IMG/VR virus record: IMGVR_UViG_3300002220_000910
Origin: a virus
Reading direction: 5' to 3' (one strand)
Length of the DNA: 64,000 nucleotides
Positions within the stretch are counted from its first letter, which is position 1. Each line of letters opens with the position of its first letter. Both the position numbers and the translations under genes were made by a program. The notes under the pieces were generated by a model. That model did no database searches. It was not told where the DNA came from and was given only the letters and a program-made list of their open reading frames with translations. Positions 39,428 through 48,300 of the stretch are shown here, piece by piece.

Positions 39428-39768
39428 CCCAGCTACCACCGCAGGATGTGACGATCAACAACACGCTTGTTGATATTGCGATTGTGATCACAGTATTGCT
39501 CCTGATCGTTACCGCGTGCCTTTTTGTTAATGGGTATATAAAATCTCAAGCAAATGTCGTTAGATGCAGCGACGGGCTTTGTTATACAAACAATGGGTTG
39601 GTTTGCGAAGACATGGGATTATTTAGTCCCGTTGGATCGTGCCGACCAATTCCAACAATTACGTCATCCCCCACAAGATGCATTGAGGTTTGCCGCGTGA
39701 ACATTTCAGAAATGCAAGAATGCCCTAAAAGACATACTCAAATATTATGCGGAGCGGATATCCCATGA
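39424..39768 (+). CDS. TM plus Cys-rich protein
   Basis: MTQLPPQ start in an ATGA overlap. Confidence 0.55.
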   Translation: MTQLPPQDVTINNTLVDIAIVITVLLLIVTACLFVNGYIKSQANVVRCSDGLCYTNNGLVCEDMGLFSPVGSCRPIPTITSSPTRCIEVCRVNISEMQECPKRHTQILCGADIP

Positions 39769-40295
39769 CCCCGCCGCAGCCATCTATTCAGAGTATCGTA
39801 TTCGAGAAATTGAGCACAAAAGAATTTCAAACCACGGGTGAGATTCACAACGCCGTACAAAAGGATTATCTGGGAATCACCGCGATCGGTGTGATCCGAT
39901 CCGTCGGGAATCTCTGTACTAACGGATCGTGCATTCGTGAAGATCCAAAGAGGCGAAAATGGCAGAGATATAAGAAAGTGGGAGCTGCTCCCATGACCCC
40001 GCCGAATTGCGACACCTGTGAGCATTGTGACAAGTCCGGTCTGTGGTGGTATTGCAACATTGCTGATATTTCCATTGATCCACTTCGTATTCCGGAACTT
40101 CTGGATAAAGTCGGTTGCGCCTCCCACAGTTCCCGCCCCGCCCTGGCACCGGAATACTGTATCTGGACAGAGGATAGTGATGGAATCTTTGAAACCTCGT
40201 GTGGGGAATCGTGGTTCTTGATTGGCGGAAATCCTGAAAGTAACCGCATGAAATATTGTCCGTATTGTGGTGGGAAAATACGGGAGGAGAAATGA
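39765..40295 (+). CDS. Cys-rich protein, apparent fusion of two MTP cassettes
   Basis: Second in-frame MTPPNC start at 39993; C-terminal YCPYCG. Confidence 0.55.
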   Translation: MTPPQPSIQSIVFEKLSTKEFQTTGEIHNAVQKDYLGITAIGVIRSVGNLCTNGSCIREDPKRRKWQRYKKVGAAPMTPPNCDTCEHCDKSGLWWYCNIADISIDPLRIPELLDKVGCASHSSRPALAPEYCIWTEDSDGIFETSCGESWFLIGGNPESNRMKYCPYCGGKIREEK

Positions 40296-40713
40296 CCCCG
40301 CAGCCACAGCAGCCGGAATTCTGGCTTATTAACGAGTCGGAGTTGAACGAACTTGCATTGTATTTCAGGGAGCACCGATACCCGCAGATTGCTAAACGCG
40401 GGGGGCAATAATATCAACCGTTAGTTCCCGCCCCGCCCCGGCACCTTCGATTAAACCGAAAAAAGACTGCTTCGGACAATATCGGGGTGTTGGTGATGAC
40501 AAGTGTTTCAACTGCCACGATTGGGGGTACTGTGCTGATGTCAGCCAAGCCTCCACACAAGCACGGGAGAAGGTGCTGGATGAATTTATAAAGCGTATGG
40601 AAACGTGGAGATCCAAACGAGTGAAAAAAAGCAAATCCCAGTTTGTCCCGCAGGATCTCATTTCGGCGGCGATGTACGGAATAAAAAAATCCATGTTGGG
40701 GGCGCACCCATGA
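40292..40713 (+). pseudogene. Small gene frameshifted at a G6 run (40400-40405)
   Basis: MTPQPQQPEF...KRG continues in another frame as AIISTVSSRPAPAP...AREKVLDEF...GAHP* ending at the next ATGA junction. Confidence 0.55.
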
Positions 40714-40843
40714 GCCACGCCGGACTTGAAGCGCAGAAGCGGAAGAACCTTGTCAAACGCGGGTTGGCGGAACCGTTGAAGGTAAAGACAACTCTTACGG
40801 AAGCATTGCAGGTTGCCGGGCTGGAACCGAAAGAGGCGTTACC

Positions 40844-41089
40844 CTGATCGACCTCGGATTCGTTCTCACCCTCATATCTTCTATCATAGCCCTATGGGGG
40901 GTCTACCTGTTCAACCAGCGCAAGGATTATACTGGTGCAAGGGGAGTCTGGTTTTACAGCAACACCGGGTTCGTGATATACTTTGCCGGAAGATGTATCG
41001 GTGCCTGGAATGGAGGATTTGGAGATGTGGTTATGATGGTCTACTTCGGGTTAATGTGGTATAGCAACTGGCGCGGAATGACGGATTAA
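40844..41089 (+). CDS. Small multi-TM protein with probable CTG start
   Basis: CTGA overlap with the upstream stop after GAGGCG; IDLGFVLTLISSIIALWGVYLFN... Confidence 0.55.
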   Translation: MIDLGFVLTLISSIIALWGVYLFNQRKDYTGARGVWFYSNTGFVIYFAGRCIGAWNGGFGDVVMMVYFGLMWYSNWRGMTD

Positions 41090-41953
41090 CTCTCTTTTAG
41101 AAATGTTTAAGTCATCTTAAAGCATACCATAGAGTATGACAAAACGCTGCGAATACCTCAACGCCATAAACAACCTCACTCGGGTTGATTGCACCGTATC
41201 GAAGGTTGATCCGAGCAAGTGCCCGAAGTCAAGGAACAAGGGGCAGATAAGCCAGAAGTGCTGGCAGGTTTCGACCGAGGCGCAGCGATGATTGAGCAAT
41301 ACCTTATAGTCCCAGATGTTGATGACACAGCAGATCATGACGATTACAACGGAGTGATGGATTATCTTAAAGGAGCGGTTGGTACAGTATATCGTGGGAA
41401 GGTAGTGCGGATTGTTATTAGGGAAGTAAGGAAGAAAGTAGGTGCCCCATGACTTCGCCGCAGCCCCCCCGAAAATTCCATAAAACAAAAACCATTGGAA
41501 AGCGGGATTCGTTCGGGTTCTATACCTGCCCGGAATGTGGCGGGCTATCGTCAGGAACAAAAGGAAAAACGTGCAGTCCGGGATATTGCTGGAGGATGAA
41601 ATGACCCAACAGACGCACTGTAAATACTTGTTGATCGAAGACCATGAATTTGAATACCTGACAAACCAGATGGAGAACGACCACGTAATAAAAATATACG
41701 AAGATGTAATGAGGCGCATTCGGTGCTGTAATTGTGGGGTGCCAAAACAAGCAGATGGAACTCCAAACTGTCCAGATGAATGTGCATTTTCAGAGCAGCA
41801 CGATGCCGCCATAACCGCCCAAGAGCGGAAGAAGGTGCTATCGATAATTCACAAAAAACTTAAACGGAGATACCACCTGATGGAAGATCCTCATGCAAAA
41901 CAACAGTATGCGATTGTGATCCACTTTGTCAAATCCCTCCGGGGGGCCAGGCG

Positions 41954-42682
41954 ATGACATCAGAAGATATTTTCTTTTTCGGATTGGTGTTGTACTTAGC
42001 GGTGCCGGTCTTGATGGTATGCTGGTCACTGGTGATAGAGTGGTATCTGTTCGACCGAGCACAAAAGGCTGCCATGGAAACGGAATGGAGAGAATGGCAG
42101 GGAAGCGCAGCGCCCATGAGCGATATGATCGGCATACGTGCATATCAATCCGACACCCGATACTTCCATAAAGGGCGTGAAATTGACTGGATTGTAGATC
42201 ACATTGGCATCAGACCAGAGGATATTATTATACTAGCAGACGAAAATCTGGATGAATATTATAAGCGGGAGATACAATACCACGGAGAGGCGTTGGTAGA
42301 AATCAGGAAAATTCCCTTCCTCCACCCATTGCGGTTTCTATCCCACTTAACCGGGTTTCAAAAGCCAGATATAATGCGGGCAATCTGGCAGACGATTGCG
42401 GATTTATATCCTCTCCGTCATTACATCGTCTACAACGATTTTACTAATCTGTCGTCCGTTCGGAACCAAGTATTACGGGAACGTGGTTGTCAGACGTGGT
42501 TTTATATTCACGCCTGCAATACCGCAGAGGTGTTTGGGAGCAACGCGAAACTCGTCCCGTTTGAATTGCTCGATTACGACCATCTAATTGCATGGAATTC
42601 CGCAGTGGCTGACCACTATGTTAAACACGGGGGCAAATTCCGGCAAATTCACATTGTTGGGTGTCTGTGGGGTGAGAAATGA
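41954..42682 (+). CDS. Polysaccharide-biosynthesis PFTS-motif-like protein, N-terminal part
   Basis: GT-B-like segment ending HIVGCLW; possible internal start at 42117. Confidence 0.45.
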   Translation: MTSEDIFFFGLVLYLAVPVLMVCWSLVIEWYLFDRAQKAAMETEWREWQGSAAPMSDMIGIRAYQSDTRYFHKGREIDWIVDHIGIRPEDIIILADENLDEYYKREIQYHGEALVEIRKIPFLHPLRFLSHLTGFQKPDIMRAIWQTIADLYPLRHYIVYNDFTNLSSVRNQVLRERGCQTWFYIHACNTAEVFGSNAKLVPFELLDYDHLIAWNSAVADHYVKHGGKFRQIHIVGCLWGEK

Positions 42683-43137
42683 TAATTGGATTTTTTACAA
42701 CAACCCCCACCGATCTTTTTTTCGGTGAGGACGACACCGAAATGTGTATCAATGACATTAAAAGGTTGGGGTTTCCAATAGTAACCAAGGAGAAGCGATT
42801 GCACTATCCGTCTGTTCAAGAAGTAATACGGATGGCCGATATTGTAATTGGATGCCCGTTCACCTCGCCGGTGATCGAGGCACTTTCAATGGGGGTTCCC
42901 GCATTCTGGTACGATCCAAACGGGCGTTGCACTCTCTCCCCGTATTACTGTACTCCGATGTATCGTGCAGGGCTGGGTGGTTTGGTTAACGGCGTTGCTT
43001 TTTGGACATCGAAATCATCCGAACAGATAAAAGAGATTACCAGAGAATACGGGTATATGACCGATCCATTTTGTGATGGGGCGGCTAAAACACGAGTCAG
43101 GGAATTGTTATATAATTCCCGGGAGGCGCACCCATGA
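42679..43137 (+). CDS. Polysaccharide-biosynthesis PFTS-motif-like protein, C-terminal part
   Basis: DIVIGCPFTSPVIEALSMGVPAFWYDP. Confidence 0.55.
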   Translation: MIIGFFTTTPTDLFFGEDDTEMCINDIKRLGFPIVTKEKRLHYPSVQEVIRMADIVIGCPFTSPVIEALSMGVPAFWYDPNGRCTLSPYYCTPMYRAGLGGLVNGVAFWTSKSSEQIKEITREYGYMTDPFCDGAAKTRVRELLYNSREAHP

Positions 43138-43637
43138 CCCCGCAGGATGATGATGAATATGTTGCCGCAGCGATTGCATTTTTGGCAATTATCGTTACGG
43201 GGTTTGCCTTTGTACAACTGGTTGTTATTCCATTTGGAGATTTTCAGAACTGTATTCATTCCGGATTGAATGCAACCTGCACTCTTCCGTGGTGGTTCCC
43301 ATGAATACTCGGCGGCCATTTAATCGCATGTCATTCATCACCTTGCATGATAAGCGACTATTTACGGTAGAGCAGGTTTGTGATCTCGTTGAGAAATATT
43401 CCCGTCCCGACCTGGTGCCGGAATGTGATGCTCCAGGTTGCTGCGGAGCAAACGATCTCAAAGATGAGGATAAACCAGGGTGCTTCGGGGCGATCGGGCT
43501 CCCAGGCGTGGCCGGCCGGAAAGACTGTCCATGCCACTGGGCCGCACGTTGCAAGCAGAGTCGGGAGGATTACTGATGAACAGGGATCATCTTGCGGATC
43601 CTGGCGGGATGGAGAGGTTGCTGATAGGGAGTGGAAA

Positions 43638-44771
43638 GTGATCCCACTCTCACACGTATCTCTCTTCACCGGAGTGGGGGGTATAGACATTGCGGCTGAA
43701 GCGGCGGGCTTTCAAACGGTGCTCCAGGTTGAGATTGCAGATTACCAGCGGGCTTTGCTTCATAAGCACTGGCCAGACGTAACAAAAATCAAGGATGTTC
43801 GAGATGTCACAAGAGAAACCTACGAAGACGCAATTCGAAATATCAGAGGGGGTGATGATATTGCATGGGAAGTCAAAGGACACAGACCAACGGTCTTGTC
43901 TGGAGGCTTCCCATGCAGTCGATGACAACCCTTCAGTACAGCAGGAAAACGAAAAGGAAAGGATGATGACCGCTACCTCTGGCCAGAAATTATCAGAGTT
44001 GCTCGACACCTCAAACCCTCCTGGATTGTTGGCGAAAATGTTGCTGGAATCATCAGCATGGAACAACCCGAACCTGTCTTTGAAGTGGAAAAACACGGAG
44101 AAAACCAACCTGTGCATAAGAGAATCGTCCCGGAACTCCTCGAAGACCTTAAAAAAGAAGGATTTCTCGTTCCCAGGCGTGTCGATGGCACTCCAATCGT
44201 TTTCGGTATTCCGGCTAGTGCAGTCGGAGCGTGTCACAAGCGAGAGCGAATCTTCTTTGTTGCCTACAATAAGGACAACCGACTCGAAGGGAGGAGTGCG
44301 TCCGAACGACGGGAAGCGGAGGATCCACTCGGACGGGTCATACGGAGGGGGTCTGAACCTGTCGGACAAGATCGCACAGATCCCGACGTTGAGAGCGAAC
44401 GAAGCGGGGAACTATTGCTACTCGAATGGGAACAAGGAAACCCCGACGAAGACGCTTATGGGGGTTGTAAACTCAATTCCCACATTGACTTCGGGGAGCG
44501 ATCACAGCAATTTTACATTTCAAGAGCTCGGTGGATCCGGGAACAATCTGCGAGCGGATGGGAAGTTCCGTGGCATGAAATTGCAACCCGCTTTTGCAGA
44601 GATTTTCATGGGGTTCCCATTGAACTGGACGGACCTGGCAGACAATCCTATTGCGTCATATCACGGAGAGAGCGTATCCAGCGCATTAGATCCCTTGGAA
44701 ATGCTGTTATTCCGTCGCAAATATACCCGGTTTTTGAAGCGATCGCGAAAATTGAAAGAATGATGGGATGA
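43638..44771 (+). pseudogene. C5-cytosine DNA methyltransferase alpha chain, interrupted by a 9-nt stop-containing insertion
   Basis: SLFTGVGG (I), GGFPC[SR*]QPFS (IV), GENV (VI), HKRERIF (VIII) and LGNAV (X) all in one frame. Confidence 0.85.
43963..44763 (+). CDS. C5-MTase beta chain (TRD-like repeats and motif IX) in an alternative frame
   Basis: Long open +1 frame with LPT/IPT repeats and KLQPAFAEIFMGFPLNWTD. Confidence 0.7.
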   Translation: MMTATSGQKLSELLDTSNPPGLLAKMLLESSAWNNPNLSLKWKNTEKTNLCIRESSRNSSKTLKKKDFSFPGVSMALQSFSVFRLVQSERVTSESESSLLPTIRTTDSKGGVRPNDGKRRIHSDGSYGGGLNLSDKIAQIPTLRANEAGNYCYSNGNKETPTKTLMGVVNSIPTLTSGSDHSNFTFQELGGSGNNLRADGKFRGMKLQPAFAEIFMGFPLNWTDLADNPIASYHGESVSSALDPLEMLLFRRKYTRFLKRSRKLKE

Positions 44772-44853
44772 CCATATGATGGGATAAATTTATCATCTTT
44801 TCTCTTCTATTTCCAATCATTATGTCTGGTTACTATTGCATGAGGAATCGACA

Positions 44854-45237
44854 ATGAGCACCGTATCCTGGGCCCCAAAACCCGCAAAGACCAGGGTTCT
44901 TAAGCGATGGTTCCAAACCCATGGTGGGCCGGAAGACCGGCACCCGGGGATGTTTTCGCATATGGTTCCATTCACCTTGGTGCGAGAAGAGTTGTTCAAG
45001 ACCCGTGAGAAGGCCGTTGCTGCTGCGAACCGGTACTCACGGCACCCATACTATGCTATCGTTGAAATGCGGTATTACCCGAATGCGACAAAAACGCACA
45101 TCTCGGGAACACCCGTGATTCGTGGATACGCTCTGTACCGGACCAGTGCAGTTGAAGTAAAACGGATCGAGAAGAAGATCAATGACAAGTATGGTGGGGG
45201 AATACGCATGTACATGGGGAACAGTCGGTTCTGGTAG
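44854..45237 (+). CDS. Hypothetical basic protein
   Basis: GAGGA RBS; AT-rich promoter upstream. Confidence 0.6.
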   Translation: MSTVSWAPKPAKTRVLKRWFQTHGGPEDRHPGMFSHMVPFTLVREELFKTREKAVAAANRYSRHPYYAIVEMRYYPNATKTHISGTPVIRGYALYRTSAVEVKRIEKKINDKYGGGIRMYMGNSRFW

Positions 45238-45324
45238 TCTGTTCTATGTCGTAAATATCATCTATTTTTTATCACAAACATTTATTACCATCTTTTCCTA
45301 TTATTATCATAAGAGGGAATCACA

Positions 45325-48300
45325 CTGCCAGAGCAACCGCCTTTCGTCATAAGAACCGTCGATCCTTCGGCAATAAATCAGGCAAATTCTGCAGCTCAGG
45401 CAGCATACATCACAAATCTCCAATACAGGATGCAAAATAATCCTGGAACTCTCACTGCAAGTGAACGCGCATATGCCCAAAACGAAGAATCTCTTCGTGA
45501 TGCTAGATCTGAAGCAATAAAGCAACGGGTTGCATTCAGCCAACCAAGAAGTGATCTCGATGTTCCCAGGTCTGCCAGGTTCCAGCAACTTGAGCGGGAA
45601 TATGGGGTGCAGAGATACTCGACGATTGGGGGGTATACACCGGTTCGACATCCGGGGGTGACCATATCCCCGACACGATTTGAGGACTCTGCAGCCGGGA
45701 TAGCCCAGCAACTTGCTTTATCCGGAGGCCGTATTGGATCATCAACGGCAGCAATTGCTCGTTCTCAAGGATATACCGGAAAACTTAATGTGAGTCAATA
45801 TTCTGGGAGAGATACAGTTCCTATTCGTGGAACAAGAACCGAATTTACTCAAAGAGAAAAAGAATTTGTTGACATTGCAATGCGGGGTTTGGCCGATGCA
45901 ACGAGAATGTTTCCCAAGGTTCAGGAATATGCCAAGAGCCTGGAGTTGCCAGCACCATTCAAATCCACCACTCAAATGCCAGGGGGATTTGGTGCATCAG
46001 AACCCGATATTTTCTCTACGGTGGGGGGGACAATATGGGGTGCCGGGTCTGCATTTGGTAGTGGGGTGAGATCCGTCACAGATAAGTTCTTTGGAGGGTT
46101 TCGCGAGATGGGTGCTGGAGTATCACAAAGGGCACTCACTCCATCATATGCCACGGAAGAAGTAAAATATCTTGCAGAAGGTGGGCGATCTGCGGATGTT
46201 GGTCTTTCTGCGCAGTTCGTAGGGAAAGGAGCAATTCCCCAATATTCACCCACCCCTGGCAGCGTAACGGAACGATTTGCATTCGATGAATACGGAAAAG
46301 TACTTCGTGCCGGCGAACCATTCGAACCCGCTTATGGTAGAGAAGGGATCCCCTACAATTCGAAAATGGGTGCCGGAGAGTACATTTACGCCGGTGAGTA
46401 CCAGTATAAAACTGGAGAACGGGTTTCACGATATGTGGAAAAAAATGTCGGGTCCTATGCGGACTTTGGCCAGGGTGGAATGGCCTTTCGCAAAGAAGTT
46501 GTCGTGAGAGGGGGAGCTGGGCCGGGTGGATATTATGCGACAACATCTCGTCCATCATCTGCACAGGTAACAGAGAGTACGTACACCGATCAACAATCTG
46601 CGGTGATGCGCCAGGTGGCGGCAATGGGTGTTCGACCTGCATCACCTACATTCAATTTTGGTGCAGCGATGAATGTTGCGAAATATGTCAACCGTGGGGG
46701 TGAATCTGCGGTATCTTCTATAGAAAGAGGTGACATTTTCGGAAACATTTCCAAAGGATTCGATAATATTTTCGGAATGACTGGATTTGGTGAGATGGGT
46801 AAGAGTGCGGGCCAGTCTGCTCTCGGACTCCCGGAAGTGAAATACACTGCACTTGGAACAAGAGCATCAAATGTTGGTCTTTCTGCGCAGTTCGTAGGGA
46901 AAGGAGCAATTCCTCAATATTCACCCATTCCAGGTAGTGTTACTGAAAGATTTGCATTTGACGAATATGGAAAGGTGCTTGGCCAGGGGGGTAAATTTGA
47001 ACCCGCTTACAGTAATGCAGGAATCCCCTACAATCCAAAAATGGGTGCTGGTGAATATATCTATGCCGGTGAGTATCAATACAAGACTGGAGAACGGGTT
47101 TCCCGGTACGTAGAGAAAAATGTTGGATCTTATGTCGACTTCGGACAAGGTGGGATGGCATTCAAGAGGGAAGTTGTCATACGTGGTGGAGGAAGCCCTG
47201 GTGCTTACTATGCAACGGCCCAGCAGGTAGAAGTCCCTTCGGGTTCTGCAGTGAAGGGAACATCTGGATTCGATATCTTTGGAGCTGTTCGTGGAGCAGT
47301 TGATTTCGGGTACAATCTTCCATCTTACGCAGTGTCCAGAGGCAATGAGATGTTTGCCCAAATCCCGGTGCTTTCCCAGGTCAACCTAGCCGGCCGGGAA
47401 GCGGGCATTGGGATGGAGATCTCACAAAAGAATGAATATCTCTTTGCAAAAACGAAGGGATATGAAGAGTCTGGGATCATCCGTGGGGGTGTGTTCACTG
47501 GAACCCAGGAGCAATATGCAGATCTCGTAGCAACCCAGAATCGTGTCGGGGTGTTACAGGCAGAAAGAGAAAATATTCAGCGCACTTTGACCGGGAATGT
47601 AAATCAGGCCACGCTATTTACGAAACCGGTTTATGATGCTGCTCACGCCGGATCTGAATTTTGGGCAAAGACTGTGGTGGGGGGAAAAGACGAGAGGGGC
47701 CAGTGGTCTGGAATTTGGGGGATGAACGTAGGAAAGAAGTTGGACAGTTCCGTTGGGGTGGGAATAGAAAAATATCTGAACGATAACCGAGGGAATATCG
47801 ATGCGATGGGGATGATCCCTGGAATAGGCATGCCATTTAAGATGCTTGCGTCAGAGAATCCCCTCATTTTGAATACGCCTTCGAAATTGTCCGAAGCATC
47901 TACCGCTCTTGTTGGGGTACCCGGGCAGATGTTCGAGTTTGGGGGGATGGCCGTAGTCGGTGGGGAAACTCTCTTGAGGAACCCTGTTGCCATTCCAGCA
48001 TTGGCCATGTCTGGCCTCATGATGCAGGGCCAGGGCATCGAAGAGGGTATGCGAACCAGACCCACCGGATTCTTTTACGAGCAGCTCGGAATGATTGCCG
48101 TATCAGAAGTGGCAATTCGTGGTGCCCAGAGAGCTTCTCCCATTGGTGGTGGGGCTCTCAAGGTGCTGCCTTACGAAAAGAGTGGGCCGGCGACAACTTA
48201 CTATGCGGCATATACGAAGATGCCATTCGCGGCGGAAGGTGGAGTTCCACGATTCATGGCGGGGGTTGCAAAAACTGGTGGGGGGTTATCTGCGAAATTC

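Larger units (their letters stand above)
39072..43576 (+). other. Mosaic array of small ATGA-coupled genes with shared start/junction motifs
   Basis: Recurrent ATGACCCC starts (MTP.QP) and GAGGCGCA..ATGA junctions; many Cys-rich or TM mini-proteins. Confidence 0.7.

Noticed and set aside
43917..43925. 9-nt MTase insertion as a second BHB intron
   Set aside because: No 4-bp central helix with 3-nt bulges gives the 9-nt excision; the nearest imperfect fit removes 11 nt and frameshifts.
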